Shown piece by piece: positions 31,663 through 43,257 of a stretch of DNA of 64,000 nucleotides. Within the stretch, counting starts at the first letter, position 1. The number at the start of each line of letters is the position of its first letter. Below the pieces are notes generated by a model. It was not told where the DNA came from. It saw only the letters and a list, made by a program, of their open reading frames with translations, and ran no database searches. The translations under genes and the position numbers were made by a program. Source of the stretch: Microcoleus sp. (GTDB taxonomy: Bacteria > Cyanobacteriota > Cyanobacteriia > Cyanobacteriales > Microcoleaceae); NCBI GenBank assembly GCA_052279835.1, contig CP181291.1:3200001-3264000 (forward strand), written 5' to 3'.

Positions 31663-31850
31663 GAAGGAAGAAGGAGGAAGGAAGAAGGAAGAAGTCACCC
31701 CCCCCTGCCCCCCCCAAGGGGGGAAATTCAGGAAGAAGGAAGAAGGAGGAAGGAAGAAGGAAGAAGTCACCCCCCCCTGCCCCCCCCAAGGGGGGAAATT
31801 CAGGAAGAAGGAAGAAGGAGGAAGGAGGAAGAACCCCCCCCTACCCCAGG
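31663..31850. repeat. 72-bp tandem repeat (about 2.5 copies) of GAAGGAA heptamers and C-tracts
   Basis: unit visible in DNA and as a 24-aa period in the spurious ORF 31661-31870. Confidence 0.85.
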
Positions 31851-31866
31851 GCTGTTTCATTCTCTT

Positions 31867-31957
31867 GTAGGGGCAGCCCCCCGTGGCTGCCCCAATCTCT
31901 GAAATGACGGAAAATGGTCGGTGGGGGGGGTAGGCATTCTTGGCACTACCCCTACAA
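31867..31957. repeat. GTAG-type REP doublet
   Basis: TGTAGGGGCAGCC...GGCTGCCCC ... CTACCCCTACA. Confidence 0.65.
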
Positions 31958-32018
31958 ACGAGGGCTTTATTGAAAAAATCTCAAATTTAAAATCTAAAAT
32001 ACCCAATTGAAAATCGAT

Positions 32019-35000
32019 ATGACATCTACAACCGCCCTGACACAAACTGAATTAAAATCTGCCATCATCCGCAATCCACTGACAGTTTCACCCGATACGA
32101 CGGTGATGGAGGCGATCGCCAAAATGAGCGGTGTTCGTACCCTTTGTTCGGCTTCCCAAAGCGCGGATATCCAAGGAGATGAATTGTCTATAGAAGCGCG
32201 ATCGAGTTGCGTTTTGGTTGTGGAAGGTGGGCAGTTGCTGGGAATTGTCACAGAACGAGATATTGTTCGACTCAGTGCCAATAATTGCTGTTTAGAAGGT
32301 ATTAATATTACCACAGTGATGGCATCTGAGGTGGTGACTATGCGCGAATCTGTGTTCACAGATTTGTTTGTGGCGGTAAATCTGGTTCAGCAACATCATA
32401 TTCGCCATTTGCCGATTCTAGACGACGAAAATCAATTGGTGGGACTTGTGACTCACGAGAGTTTGCGGAAAGCGTCGCGCCCCATTGACTTGTTGCGAAT
32501 ACGGCTGGTTTCTGAAGTGATGGTGACGGAAATAATTTGTGCTAGCGCGGATGTTTGTATGCTCAATATCGCTCAATTGATGGCCCAAAATCGAGTTAGT
32601 TCCGTCATGATTGTGGAAGCACAACAGACAGGAGGCGATCGCCCACAACAGCAAATCCCGATTGGCATTGTCACTGAGCGCGATCTCGTCCAATTTCAAG
32701 CCTTAAATTTAAACCTGGAAACTTGTCAAGCTCAATCGGTGATGAGTAAGCCGATTTTTACGGTGAAGCCTAATGATTCTCTGTGGGATGTGCAGCAGAT
32801 TATGGAACAGCGGTTAGTCCGTAGATTGGCTGTGACAGGGGTGTTTGGTGAACTTTTGGGTATTGTCACTCAGACAAGTATTTTGCAAGTTTTGAATCCC
32901 TTGGAACTTTATAAATTAGCTGAGGTTTTAGATAATAAGGTATCGAAATTGGAGGCGGACAAAATAGCATTGTTGGAGAATCGCACCGTCGAATTAGAGC
33001 GCCAAGTAGAGGAGCGAACTGCCGCACTCGCCACAACGGTGAGGCGGGAAAAATTGATTGTCACCATCGCTTCGCAGATTCGAGCTTCTTTAGATTTGCC
33101 GGAGATTTTGGATACAGCGGTGAAGGCGGTACGAGAGTTTTTGCAGTGCGATCGACTGTTAATCTATCGGTTTGAACCGGATTGGACTGGTGTGGTGGTG
33201 GCCGAGTCGGTGGAGCCTATTTGGGGTACTTCTCTTAACGATCGCATAAATGATTCTTGTTTTCAAGAAAGGGCTGAAATTATTTATCAAAGTGGAAAAA
33301 CCATTGCTGTAGATAATATTTATACTGCTGGCTATACACCATGTCATGTGCAATTGTTAGAGCAATATCAGGTAAAATCTAATCTAGTAGTACCAATTTT
33401 GGTGTCGGAAAAGTTGTGGGGATTGTTAATCGGGCATCACTGCGAAAGCTATCGTGCTTGGTATCCTAACGATCTGAGTTTGTTGGAGGAGATAGCTGTG
33501 CAATTGGCGATCGCCATTCAGCAAGCAGAACTACACAGTCAGCTTCAAGAAGAACTAGCAGAAAGACGACAGACGGAATTGCTGTTACGCAAGAGTCAAG
33601 AAAATTACCGTTTGATTACTGAAACTATTGAGGATGTATTTTGGTTAGCAGATCCGCAACTTGGGAGAGCAATTTATATTAGTTCGGGTTATGAAAAAAT
33701 CTGGGGGCGTGCTGCTGAACCGCTTTATCAAAACTTTCTGGGATGGGTAGAAGCACTCCACCCTGACGATCGCGAGTATGTCAGCAGGGAGTTTATGCAA
33801 TTATTATCCACAGACCATTATGAGGTGGAGTACCGGATTGTGCGGCCTGATGGTTCTCTGCGCTGGATTCGCGATCGGGGCTTTACGATTAAGGATGATT
33901 CGGGAACGGTGGTGCAGATTTCTGGGGTAGCAGAGGATATTAGCGATCGCAAAGCTAATGAGACGTTTCTGCGACAGTATGAGGGGATTGTTTCTACGAC
34001 ACCCGATCGCATTGCTTTAGTCGATCGTAATTATATTTATCGGCTGGTTAACCGCACTTATTTAGAGCGTAGTGGCAAGTCTTGGGAGGAAATAGTCGGA
34101 CATTCGGTGGCTGATTTGCACGGAGAAACCATGTTCCAAACGATTATGAAGCCCTATCTCGATCGATGTCTTGGGGGAGAAATTCAACAATATGAAGCAT
34201 GGGTTTATGAGTTTAATCACCCGGAACCCCGGTTTATCAGTGTCAGCTACGGGCCCTATAGATCCGCAGACGGCACGATTTCTGGCGTCACAGTCAACGC
34301 CCGCGATTTGACCGAACTCAAACTGGCTGAAGAATCTTTGCGGGAGAAAGAGCAGCTTTTACGCAGCATTTATGAAGGCATAGAACAGGCAGTTTTTACT
34401 GTTGATGTTTTGCCGGATGGAGAATTTTCTTTTCTCGAATTCAACCCTGCCTGCGAGCGTTTAACTCAGACATTGACTGCTGATGTGCGAGGCAAAAAGC
34501 CCTTACCAGAAATCCGAGAACGCTATGCCAATTGCGTTCAGGCGGGATTTCCTATTTGCTATGAAGAATGTCTGAATTTTAAGGGGAAAATTACTTGGTG
34601 GATTACGACGTTGACTCCAATTCGAGATAATGGCGATCGCATTTATCGGATTGTGGGTACGAGTATGAATATTACCGATCGCAAGCAGGCAGAAGCAGAC
34701 CTAGTGCAACTGAACCAATCTCTAGAAGCGAGGGTAGCACAGCGGACTGCGGAACTCCAAGAACGGGAAGCTCAATTGTATGATTTATTTGACAATGCTA
34801 CGGATTTGATTCAAAGCGTTTCCCCCCTAGGGCAAATTTTGTTTGTGAATTCTGCCTGGAAAGAAACTCTGGGCTATACCGATGCCGATTTACAGGAGTT
34901 GTTTTTGTTTGAAATCATCCATCCAGACAGTTTGGTTAAGTGCCAAGTCATGATGGAACAGCTATTTGATGGCGTACCTTGCACCAGTATTGAAATTAAG

Positions 35001-37137
35001 TTTTTGACGAAAGATCGTAGGACAATTGTAGTAGAAGGAAATGTCAATTGTCGGTTGGAAAATGGCAAACCCATCGCGATGCGGGGAATTTTTCGGAATA
35101 TTACGGAACGCAAACAAGCCGAATCTAGACTGAAGGATACTCTCAAGGAATTATCCGACTTTAAATATGCCTTGGATGAGTCAGCAATTGTGGCGATTAC
35201 TGATGCTGAGGGCAAAATTACCTATGTTAACGATCGATTCTGCGAGATTTTTCAATATAGTCGAGGGGAGTTGATCGGGAATACCTATCGGCTGTTGAAT
35301 GCTGGCCATCATTCTCCTGAATTTTTTGAGGAAATGTGGCGAACTCTACGGAATGGGGAAATCTGGCGGGGCGAGATTCTCAACCGGGCAAAGGATGGTA
35401 GTTTCTACTGGATTGATACTACGATTGTGCCTTACCTGGATGCGGACGGTAAACCTTTTCAATACTTGGCTATCCGCACTGATATTAGCGATCGCAAGCG
35501 TGCCCAAGAGCAGTTGTCCAGTTTGTCAGACAGGTTGGAATTGGCGCTGAAGTCGGCTCAAATTGGGATTTGGGATTGGGATATTGTCAACGATCGCCTG
35601 ATCTGGGACGCTCGAATGTACGAACTCTACGGCATCACAGCCTCAGATTTTGGGGGTGCTTATCAAGCCTGGGAAGCGGTCATACATCCCGATGATATCC
35701 TGGGGATGCGGACTGTGAGCGAGGAGTCACGGGCTGGAATCAGAGATTTTGATACGGAATTTCGGGTGGTGTGGCCCGATGGTACGGTGAAATTTATCAA
35801 AGCCTATGCGCTGATTCAGCGCAACTCCGAAGCAGAACCCCAACGGATGATTGGGATTAATTATGATATTAGCGATCGCAAGCAAGCAGAAGCCCGACTT
35901 ACTGAAACTAATCAAAAACTGGCTATTTCTAACCAAGAAACTGGCTCGCGCTACTCGTCTCAAGGATGAATTTTTGGCGAATATGAGCCACGAATTACGC
36001 ACGCCCCTGAATGCGATTTTGGGAATGACGGAGGCTTTGCAGGAGAACATATTTGGCTCGATTAACGAGGGACAAATACGGGCTCTGCAAACTATTGAAC
36101 ATAGTGGCACTCATCTGTTATCATTAATCAATGATATCCTCGACCTTGCCAAAATAGAATCGGGACAAATCGAACTAAATTGTAGTCTAACAGCCATTGA
36201 TAGTTTGTGTCAGTCCAGTTTAACTTTGGTGAAGCAGCAAGCTTTACAAAAACGGATTCAACTTCAGGTAAAAATTCCCGATCGCCTCCCGGAATTATTA
36301 GTGGATGAACGTCGCATCCGACAAGTTTTGATTAATTTGCTCAATAATGCGATTAAATTTACTCCCGAAGGTGGCAGCGTGACTTTAGAGGTGACAATCG
36401 CACAAACCGCAATCGTCCCCCCACTCCCAAATTCTCTCACTACAGCCAGTTCAATTCGGTTTGCAGTGAGTGATACTGGGATCGGTATCACAGCGGAAAA
36501 CATTCAGAAGTTGTTTCAGCCTTTTGTGCAAATTGATAGTGCTCTGAATCGTCAGTACATGGGTACTGGTTTGGGTTTGTCTCTGGTGAAGCGGATGGTG
36601 GAAAAGCATGGGGGAACAGTTTCGGTGACGAGTGAGGTGGGCGTGGGTAGTTGTTTTAGTTTCGACTTACCGGCTGGCAATTTGCCGATGCTGATTTCTC
36701 AATCTCCGATTGTCGCACCATCAGCACCGATGGACGGCCAAAAAGAGTCTGCAACATCCCGACTAATCCTATTGGCAGAAGATAATGAAGCAAATATCAG
36801 TACCATTTCTGGCTATCTGATGGCTAAAGGGTATCGGATTGTGGTGGCGAAAAATGGTGCAGAGGCGATCGCCGTCACTAAATCATCTCTTCCCGACATC
36901 ATTTTGATGGATATCCAAATGCCCGGAATGGATGGTTTTGAGGCGATTAAGCAGATTCGTAGCGATCGCCAATGTGCCCATATTCTGATTATCGGCTTGA
37001 CTGCATTGGCGATGACTGGTGATGGAGAACGATGTCTGGAAGCTGGGGCGAATAACTATCTCACTAAGCCAGTGAAATTAAAGCAACTAGCAAATGCCAT
37101 TCATGAATTATTAGCAACTAAAGAGCTTAATCAATGA
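32019..37137 (+). CDS. CBS x4 - DXCF CBCR GAF - multiple PAS - HK - REC hybrid kinase (about 1705 aa if joined), split by an extra A at 35938-35940
   Basis: ORFs 32007-35969 and 35851-37137; the paralog at 30441 reads AAC CAA GAA CTT GCC without the extra A; DSCF/CH motif; one NifL/Aer-like PAS. Confidence 0.85.
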
Positions 37138-39965
37138 AAAAAAATTATAACTCAGGAATTTCACTCGAAGAAACAGTTGACTTGACTAATTGCGATCGCG
37201 AACCGATCGAAATTCCTAATGCTATTCAACCCCACGGGATTCTTATAGTATTTTCTCTGCCCGATTTTACCATCGAACAGGTGAGTGCTAATACAGAATT
37301 GCTGCTGGGAATAAGTCCCTATGACCTGTTAGGAAAATCCTGGGAAACCTTGTTAAGTCAAGCAGATTTAGAAAAAATTAAATATGGTATTGACCGAGAT
37401 TTCAAAACAGCAGTTCACATAAAACTGTTCCTCAAAAAACAGCAAAATGAAACCTTATTTAACGGCATAATTCATGGGATAGGAGACAATTTAATCCTCC
37501 TAGAGCTAGAGCCGGGAGATAGTACAGATCGGTCTAGTTTTAACGGATTGTTTCAAGTAACTAAAGGCATTCTCAGTCAGATGCAAAAGGCTGCCAACCT
37601 CACAGAAATGTGTCATACCATCACCAAAGAAGTGAGAAAACTGATTGAGTTTGACCGGGTGATGGTTTATAAGTTTGATGCTAATGATGCCGGCGAAGTG
37701 ATTGCCGAAGAAAAACTCGATGAGATGGAATCCTATCTGGGGTTACATTACCCTCAATCTGATATCCCTCGGCAGGCTAAACGTCTCTATACGATTAATC
37801 TATTGCGAATAATCCCCGACATCAATTATCAGCCTGTGGGTATTTTGAAGCTGGATGCAGGGGCGATCGCCCAGTCAGGAAAAACTACAGACTATCAGCC
37901 CCTTGACTTAAGCCTTAGTGTATTACGGAGTGTTTCTCCCATCCATATTGAATATCTCCAAAATATGGGTGTGGGAGCTTCCATGTCGATTTCACTAATT
38001 GAGGATGGAAAACTCTGGGGTTTAATTGCCTGTCACCATCAAACTGCCCGATTTATTCCCTATGAAATTAGAACTATCTGCGAGTTTATTGCTCAGGTAA
38101 TGTCTCTGGAATTGGCATCTAAAGAAGCTCAGGAAGATATGGATTACAAAATGTCAGTAAAGTCGGTACAGTCGCAATTGATTAAAAGTCTTGCCCAGGC
38201 TGGGGAGATTACGGAAGAATTGGTAAGAAACCAAGACAATTTATTGGCACTGGTGGGTGCTAGGGGCGCGGCAATTTGTGCCGAAAGTCAACTTGTGACT
38301 GTGGGTGATACGCCCCCAGTAGCCGAGTTGCAGGATTTGATCGATTGGTTGGGCGATCGCTTCGATGGGGATATTTTTGTTACCGATTCTTTAGCTTCGT
38401 TATATCCCCAGGCGACGGAGTTCAAGGATGTGGGTAGTGGTTTAATCGCTCTTTGTATTACTAAAGTTCAGAAGAATTACGTATTGTGGTTTCGACCTGA
38501 GATATTACAATTGGTTAATTGGGCTGGGAATCCCTATAAACCGAATCAGGTGGAAGCAGATGGGAGTCTGACGCTGTTTCCTCGGAAATCCTTTGAGCTG
38601 TGGCAACAAACTGTTCGCCTTAAGTCGCTTCCTTGGAAACCATGGGAGATTGAGGCGGCGATGGAAGTCCGAAGTGCGATCGTGGAAATTATTTTGCGAA
38701 AATCTGATGAACTGGCTGCTATTCATCAATCTGAGCTTTATGCCCAGTTGCAGGAAACTAATCAGGAATTAGCCCGCGCTACCAGGCTCAAAGATGAATT
38801 TTTGGCCAATATGAGCCACGAACTCCGTACTCCCCTGAATGCAATTTTGGGGATGACAGAGGCCTTGCAAGAACAGGTTTTTGGGAAGATTAACGAGCAA
38901 CAATTGCGGGCTTTGCAAACAGTTGAAAACAGTGGCACTCATCTACTGGAATTAATTAACGATATCCTGGATTTGGCAAAAATTGAAGCGGGACAAATTG
39001 AACTAAACTGCACCCCAGTCGCTGTCAGTCAGTTGTGCCAATCTAGTTTGCCGTTTGTGAAACAACAAGCTGTGCAAAAACGCATTCATATTCAGTTGCA
39101 GATTGCACCTCATCTACCAATTTTGATGGTGGATGAACGGCGGATTCGACAAGTTTTGATCAATTTGCTCAATAATGCGATTAAGTTTACTCCTGAAAAA
39201 GGTAGCGTTAGCTTGGATGTGAGATTAGAATCACCCACACCCCCGGCAACATTGGCGGCCGCTCGAAACATACCGAGTTTAATTCGGTTTGCGGTGATTG
39301 ATAGTGGTATCGGTATTAAACCCGAAAATCTCAAAAAACTGTTTCATCCTTTTGTCCAAATTGACAGTGCTTTAAACCGTCAATACACGGGGACTGGTTT
39401 GGGTCTGTCTCTGGTGAAACAGATAGTGGAAATGCACGGAGGAAATGTGGCTGTCCAGAGTGAATTAGGTGTTGGTAGTTGTTTTAGTTTCAATTTGCCC
39501 TGTGGGGATTTGCCCCTTCCTGTATCTGAGCATCTGAGTGCTTCACCCCCGGAACCTATGCCCAGCGAGACTGTTACACAACTGTCTCCGCTAATCCTGT
39601 TGGCAGAAGATAATGAAGCTAATATAAGTACGCTTTCTAGTTACTTGGAGGCGAAAGGATATCGGATTGTTTTGGCGAACAATGGTTTAGAGGCGATCGC
39701 AGCCACTAAAGCCCAAGTTCCTGATTTAATTTTAATGGATGTCCAAATGCCGGAAATGGACGGTCTTGAGGCGATGAGGCAGATCCGCAGCGATCGCCAA
39801 TTTGCGGATATTCCGATTATCGCCTTGACAGCATTGGCCATGACGGGCGATCGCGAACGATGTCTAGAAGCTGGGGCTAGTGATTATCTCACTAAGCCGG
39901 TTAAACTCAAGCAATTGGCCAGCACAATTCAACTATTGTTAGAAGCACAGGATAGTCAGAAATGA
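37134..39965 (+). CDS. Bacteriophytochrome hybrid histidine kinase (PAS-GAF-PHY-HK-REC)
   Basis: N-terminal LTNCDREPI (biliverdin Cys), SDIP, LRSVSPIH (no GAF Cys), PRKSF; ATGA overlap with the upstream gene. Confidence 0.92.
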   Translation: MKKNYNSGISLEETVDLTNCDREPIEIPNAIQPHGILIVFSLPDFTIEQVSANTELLLGISPYDLLGKSWETLLSQADLEKIKYGIDRDFKTAVHIKLFLKKQQNETLFNGIIHGIGDNLILLELEPGDSTDRSSFNGLFQVTKGILSQMQKAANLTEMCHTITKEVRKLIEFDRVMVYKFDANDAGEVIAEEKLDEMESYLGLHYPQSDIPRQAKRLYTINLLRIIPDINYQPVGILKLDAGAIAQSGKTTDYQPLDLSLSVLRSVSPIHIEYLQNMGVGASMSISLIEDGKLWGLIACHHQTARFIPYEIRTICEFIAQVMSLELASKEAQEDMDYKMSVKSVQSQLIKSLAQAGEITEELVRNQDNLLALVGARGAAICAESQLVTVGDTPPVAELQDLIDWLGDRFDGDIFVTDSLASLYPQATEFKDVGSGLIALCITKVQKNYVLWFRPEILQLVNWAGNPYKPNQVEADGSLTLFPRKSFELWQQTVRLKSLPWKPWEIEAAMEVRSAIVEIILRKSDELAAIHQSELYAQLQETNQELARATRLKDEFLANMSHELRTPLNAILGMTEALQEQVFGKINEQQLRALQTVENSGTHLLELINDILDLAKIEAGQIELNCTPVAVSQLCQSSLPFVKQQAVQKRIHIQLQIAPHLPILMVDERRIRQVLINLLNNAIKFTPEKGSVSLDVRLESPTPPATLAAARNIPSLIRFAVIDSGIGIKPENLKKLFHPFVQIDSALNRQYTGTGLGLSLVKQIVEMHGGNVAVQSELGVGSCFSFNLPCGDLPLPVSEHLSASPPEPMPSETVTQLSPLILLAEDNEANISTLSSYLEAKGYRIVLANNGLEAIAATKAQVPDLILMDVQMPEMDGLEAMRQIRSDRQFADIPIIALTALAMTGDRERCLEAGASDYLTKPVKLKQLASTIQLLLEAQDSQK

Positions 39966-41809
39966 ATCACCCATCTGTTTTAGTAGTTGACGATGAACCC
40001 GATAATTTTGATGTGATTCAAGCGCTGTTGAGCGATCGGGAATATGATTTGTACTATGCTTCTAGCGGTCAATTTGCGATCGACTCCCTAGACGTATTCC
40101 GACCCGATGTGATCTTGATGGATGTGATGATGCCAGATTTGGATGGTATTGAAGTCTGTCAGCGGATTAAAGCTTTGCCACAATGGGAGTCGGTTCCGAT
40201 CATCATAGTCACAGCCTTAAGTGCCAAAGAAGACTTGGCGCGATGTCTCAAGGCTGGTGCTGATGATTTTATTAGCAAGCCCGTCAGTGGTCTGGAACTG
40301 CGCGCCAGAGTCAACTCCATGCTGCGAATTAAACAACACTACGATGACTTGCAAGCTTCTTTGAGACGCCAAGCAATCTTAGAAGCTGAAAAACTCTATT
40401 TCCTCAAGAATCGCAATACGGAATTGGAACAACAGGTTGCAGAACGAACCACGGAACTTAAGGCAAAGGCAGAACTGATTATACACAATGCCTTGCACGA
40501 TCCCTTGACAGATTTGCCAAATCGGACTCTTTTGGTGGAGCGGATCGAATTAGCTATTAATCGAGCTATGCGATTGAAAGACTATTTTTATGCTGTCTTG
40601 TTTCTCGACCTCGATCGCTTTAAAGTAATCAATGACAGCTTAGGACACTTAGCTGGAGACCTCTTGCTCACGAATATTGCTCAAAACCTCAAAAATTATC
40701 TGCGGGAGGCTGATTTAATCGCTCGACTTGGTGGTGATGAATTTGTAATTTTGCTGGAAGATGTGGCGGGTATTGAAGAAGTTATTCAAATCACTGAGCG
40801 GATTCAAAAAGAATTTCAAAACCCCCTCACGATTAATGGCTACGAAATGTTTATCAGTGCTAGTATCGGCATTGTTTTCGGGCAGAAAAATTACTATCAA
40901 GCCTCGGATTTGATTCGAGATGCGGATATTGCCATGTATCGGGCTAAGGCTCAAGGCAGAAATTCTTACAAAATTTTTGATGCCACCATGCACACTCAAG
41001 CTGTCAACAGGCTAACTCTGGAAAACGATCTCCGTAGGGCGATAGAACGAGAAGAGTTTGTTGTGTACTATCAGCCAATTGTTGACATCAGAGGCGATCG
41101 GCTGGTGGGATTTGAGGCTTTGGTACGTTGGCAACATCCCACTCGTGGTTTCATTTCTCCCCTAGACTTTGTTCCTATTGCCGAAGAAACTGGGTTGATT
41201 GTACCCCTAGATAGTTGGGTATTGCAAACTGCTTGCAAACAATTAGCTCGCTGGCAAAATCAGTTTCCTAGTCGATTTCCCTTGAAGGTCAGTATTAATC
41301 TTTCGGCTCAAGACCTGCGTAAACCTCTGTTGATTCAGGAAATCGACCGCACCATTGCTGCAACAGGTTTAGATGGCAGTTATATTACTCTGGAAATTAC
41401 CGAGAGTATGCTGATTGAAAATATCACAAAAACCATAGATTTATTGACCCAATTAAAAGCCCGCAAAATTCAGATTAGCATAGATGACTTTGGCACGGGA
41501 TATTCATCGCTCAATTATCTCCATCGCTTGCCTGCGGATAATTTAAAAATCGACCGCTCTTTTGTGAATCAGATGCAGGAAGGCAACCGTAATTATCAGG
41601 TGGTGAGTACGATTATTGCTTTGAGCAATCAACTGGGATTAGCCGTTGTGGCTGAAGGCATAGAAACAGGACAACAACTTAAATGGTTGCAGGAACTTGG
41701 CTGTGAATTGGGTCAAGGATATTTATTTTCCAAGCCCTTATCAGCTCAAGAAATTGAGATAAAATTTTTGAATAATCAAGATGAAAATATTTTTAAATTA
41801 GCTGGTTAA
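39962..41809 (+). CDS. REC-GGDEF-EAL c-di-GMP cyclase/phosphodiesterase
   Basis: RxxD I-site READ, GGDEF, EALVRW, DDFGTGYSS; ATGA overlap. Confidence 0.93.
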   Translation: MNHPSVLVVDDEPDNFDVIQALLSDREYDLYYASSGQFAIDSLDVFRPDVILMDVMMPDLDGIEVCQRIKALPQWESVPIIIVTALSAKEDLARCLKAGADDFISKPVSGLELRARVNSMLRIKQHYDDLQASLRRQAILEAEKLYFLKNRNTELEQQVAERTTELKAKAELIIHNALHDPLTDLPNRTLLVERIELAINRAMRLKDYFYAVLFLDLDRFKVINDSLGHLAGDLLLTNIAQNLKNYLREADLIARLGGDEFVILLEDVAGIEEVIQITERIQKEFQNPLTINGYEMFISASIGIVFGQKNYYQASDLIRDADIAMYRAKAQGRNSYKIFDATMHTQAVNRLTLENDLRRAIEREEFVVYYQPIVDIRGDRLVGFEALVRWQHPTRGFISPLDFVPIAEETGLIVPLDSWVLQTACKQLARWQNQFPSRFPLKVSINLSAQDLRKPLLIQEIDRTIAATGLDGSYITLEITESMLIENITKTIDLLTQLKARKIQISIDDFGTGYSSLNYLHRLPADNLKIDRSFVNQMQEGNRNYQVVSTIIALSNQLGLAVVAEGIETGQQLKWLQELGCELGQGYLFSKPLSAQEIEIKFLNNQDENIFKLAG

Positions 41810-41931
41810 TCGTAGCTTGAAGATTTAGATAACTCAACGGAAAAATTGATCCTTATTCAGCAAGCCCTAATTAGGTTAACCTAATTAGCAGCGACAATTC
41901 AGTAAGATTCCCCAGAAAAGGAGCAGCACAA

Positions 41932-43074
41932 ATGAATCAGCCCTCTATTTTAGTAGTTGACGACGAGCCCGATAATTTTGATGTGATTGAAGCGCTGTTG
42001 AGCGATCGCGGATATGATTTGCACTATGCTTCCAATGGTCAAGTCGCCCTCAACTCCCTGGATGTATTCCAGCCCGATGTGATCTTGATGGATGTGATGA
42101 TGCCAGACTTGGATGGTATGGAAGTCTGTCAGCGGATTAAAGCCCAGCCCCAATGGGAGGGTGTTCCCATCATCATGGTGACAGCTTTGAGCGCCAAAGA
42201 AGACCTAGCTCGATGTATCAAGGCTGGTGCCGATGATTTTATCAGCAAGCCCGTCAGTGGTCTGGAACTCCGTGCTAGGGTTCATTCCATGTTGCGACTC
42301 AAGCAACAATATGACAAAATCCGCAGTCTTTCCAAAGTCCAAGAAAGTACGATCGAGCTATTACAAAAAAATCTGAATGAATTAAGCGGTAACTTAGCTT
42401 CCAGTTTACCTCACGAATTGAACACACCCTTAAACGGTATTTTCGGAGTGATTGGATTGTTGATCGACGATCGTGAAGACATGAGTGATGAAGAAATTCA
42501 TGAACTTTTACTATTAGCTCAACAGTCGGCTCTGAGACTAGATAGGCTGACGAAAAAGTTTTTGATCTATATCAAGCTAGAACTGATGACTAGCCAAATG
42601 CCTATGGATAAAGTTCCGACTAATAATGAAGTCACTGCTACTAAATCAGTCATAGAAAATTGTGCGATGGAACAAGCCTACAAAGTAGAGCGCCAAAATG
42701 ACTTGATTTGCGAGCTACAAGATATAGATGTCCCTGTGTCTGAGGGAAATTTGAAGTGGATGGTGGACGAATTGTTAGAAAATGCTTTCAAATTTTCTGC
42801 GCCTTTAACACCCGTGAAGGTAAGTAGTCAATTAATGAACGGAGCATTTCATCTATCCATATCCGATCGCGGCCGGGGAATGACAGAGGAACAGATTTCT
42901 AAAATCGGAGCGTTTATGCAATTTGAACGCCGTACCTATGAGCAACAAGGTTTAGGACTAGGATTAAAAATAGTCAAAAAAATCATAGATATATCCGGTG
43001 GAGAATTTTATCTTTCCAGTGTATACCATGAAGAGACAACCGCTCATATTAAATTGCCTAGCATTTCTGAATAG
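41932..43074 (+). CDS. REC-HisKA-HATPase hybrid kinase
   Basis: REC near-identical to the previous gene; PHELNTPL, ENAFKF, GLGLGL. Confidence 0.88.
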   Translation: MNQPSILVVDDEPDNFDVIEALLSDRGYDLHYASNGQVALNSLDVFQPDVILMDVMMPDLDGMEVCQRIKAQPQWEGVPIIMVTALSAKEDLARCIKAGADDFISKPVSGLELRARVHSMLRLKQQYDKIRSLSKVQESTIELLQKNLNELSGNLASSLPHELNTPLNGIFGVIGLLIDDREDMSDEEIHELLLLAQQSALRLDRLTKKFLIYIKLELMTSQMPMDKVPTNNEVTATKSVIENCAMEQAYKVERQNDLICELQDIDVPVSEGNLKWMVDELLENAFKFSAPLTPVKVSSQLMNGAFHLSISDRGRGMTEEQISKIGAFMQFERRTYEQQGLGLGLKIVKKIIDISGGEFYLSSVYHEETTAHIKLPSISE

Positions 43075-43257
43075 TTTTGTTTGGTGATGATACCGAGCCC
43101 ACCAAAAATTTAAGTTTTCCACACTTTGGCTGGCTCCGTCTTTTCTACACTAATCTTACAAAGTTGAGGAAAATAATGCCACACTCCAGGTATTTTAGAG
43201 TGTCGAAGGGGCTTGTTGCTTCTTGCTTCTGCCATAGCTTCACAGATAATACTTGTT

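Noticed and set aside
31618..31870. Small ORFs on both strands, or a CRISPR array
   Set aside because: Translations of a tandem repeat; units identical with no unique spacers and no cas genes
30450..39900. Near-identical kinase segments as DGR template/variable repeats
   Set aside because: Differences are not adenine-specific and no reverse transcriptase is present
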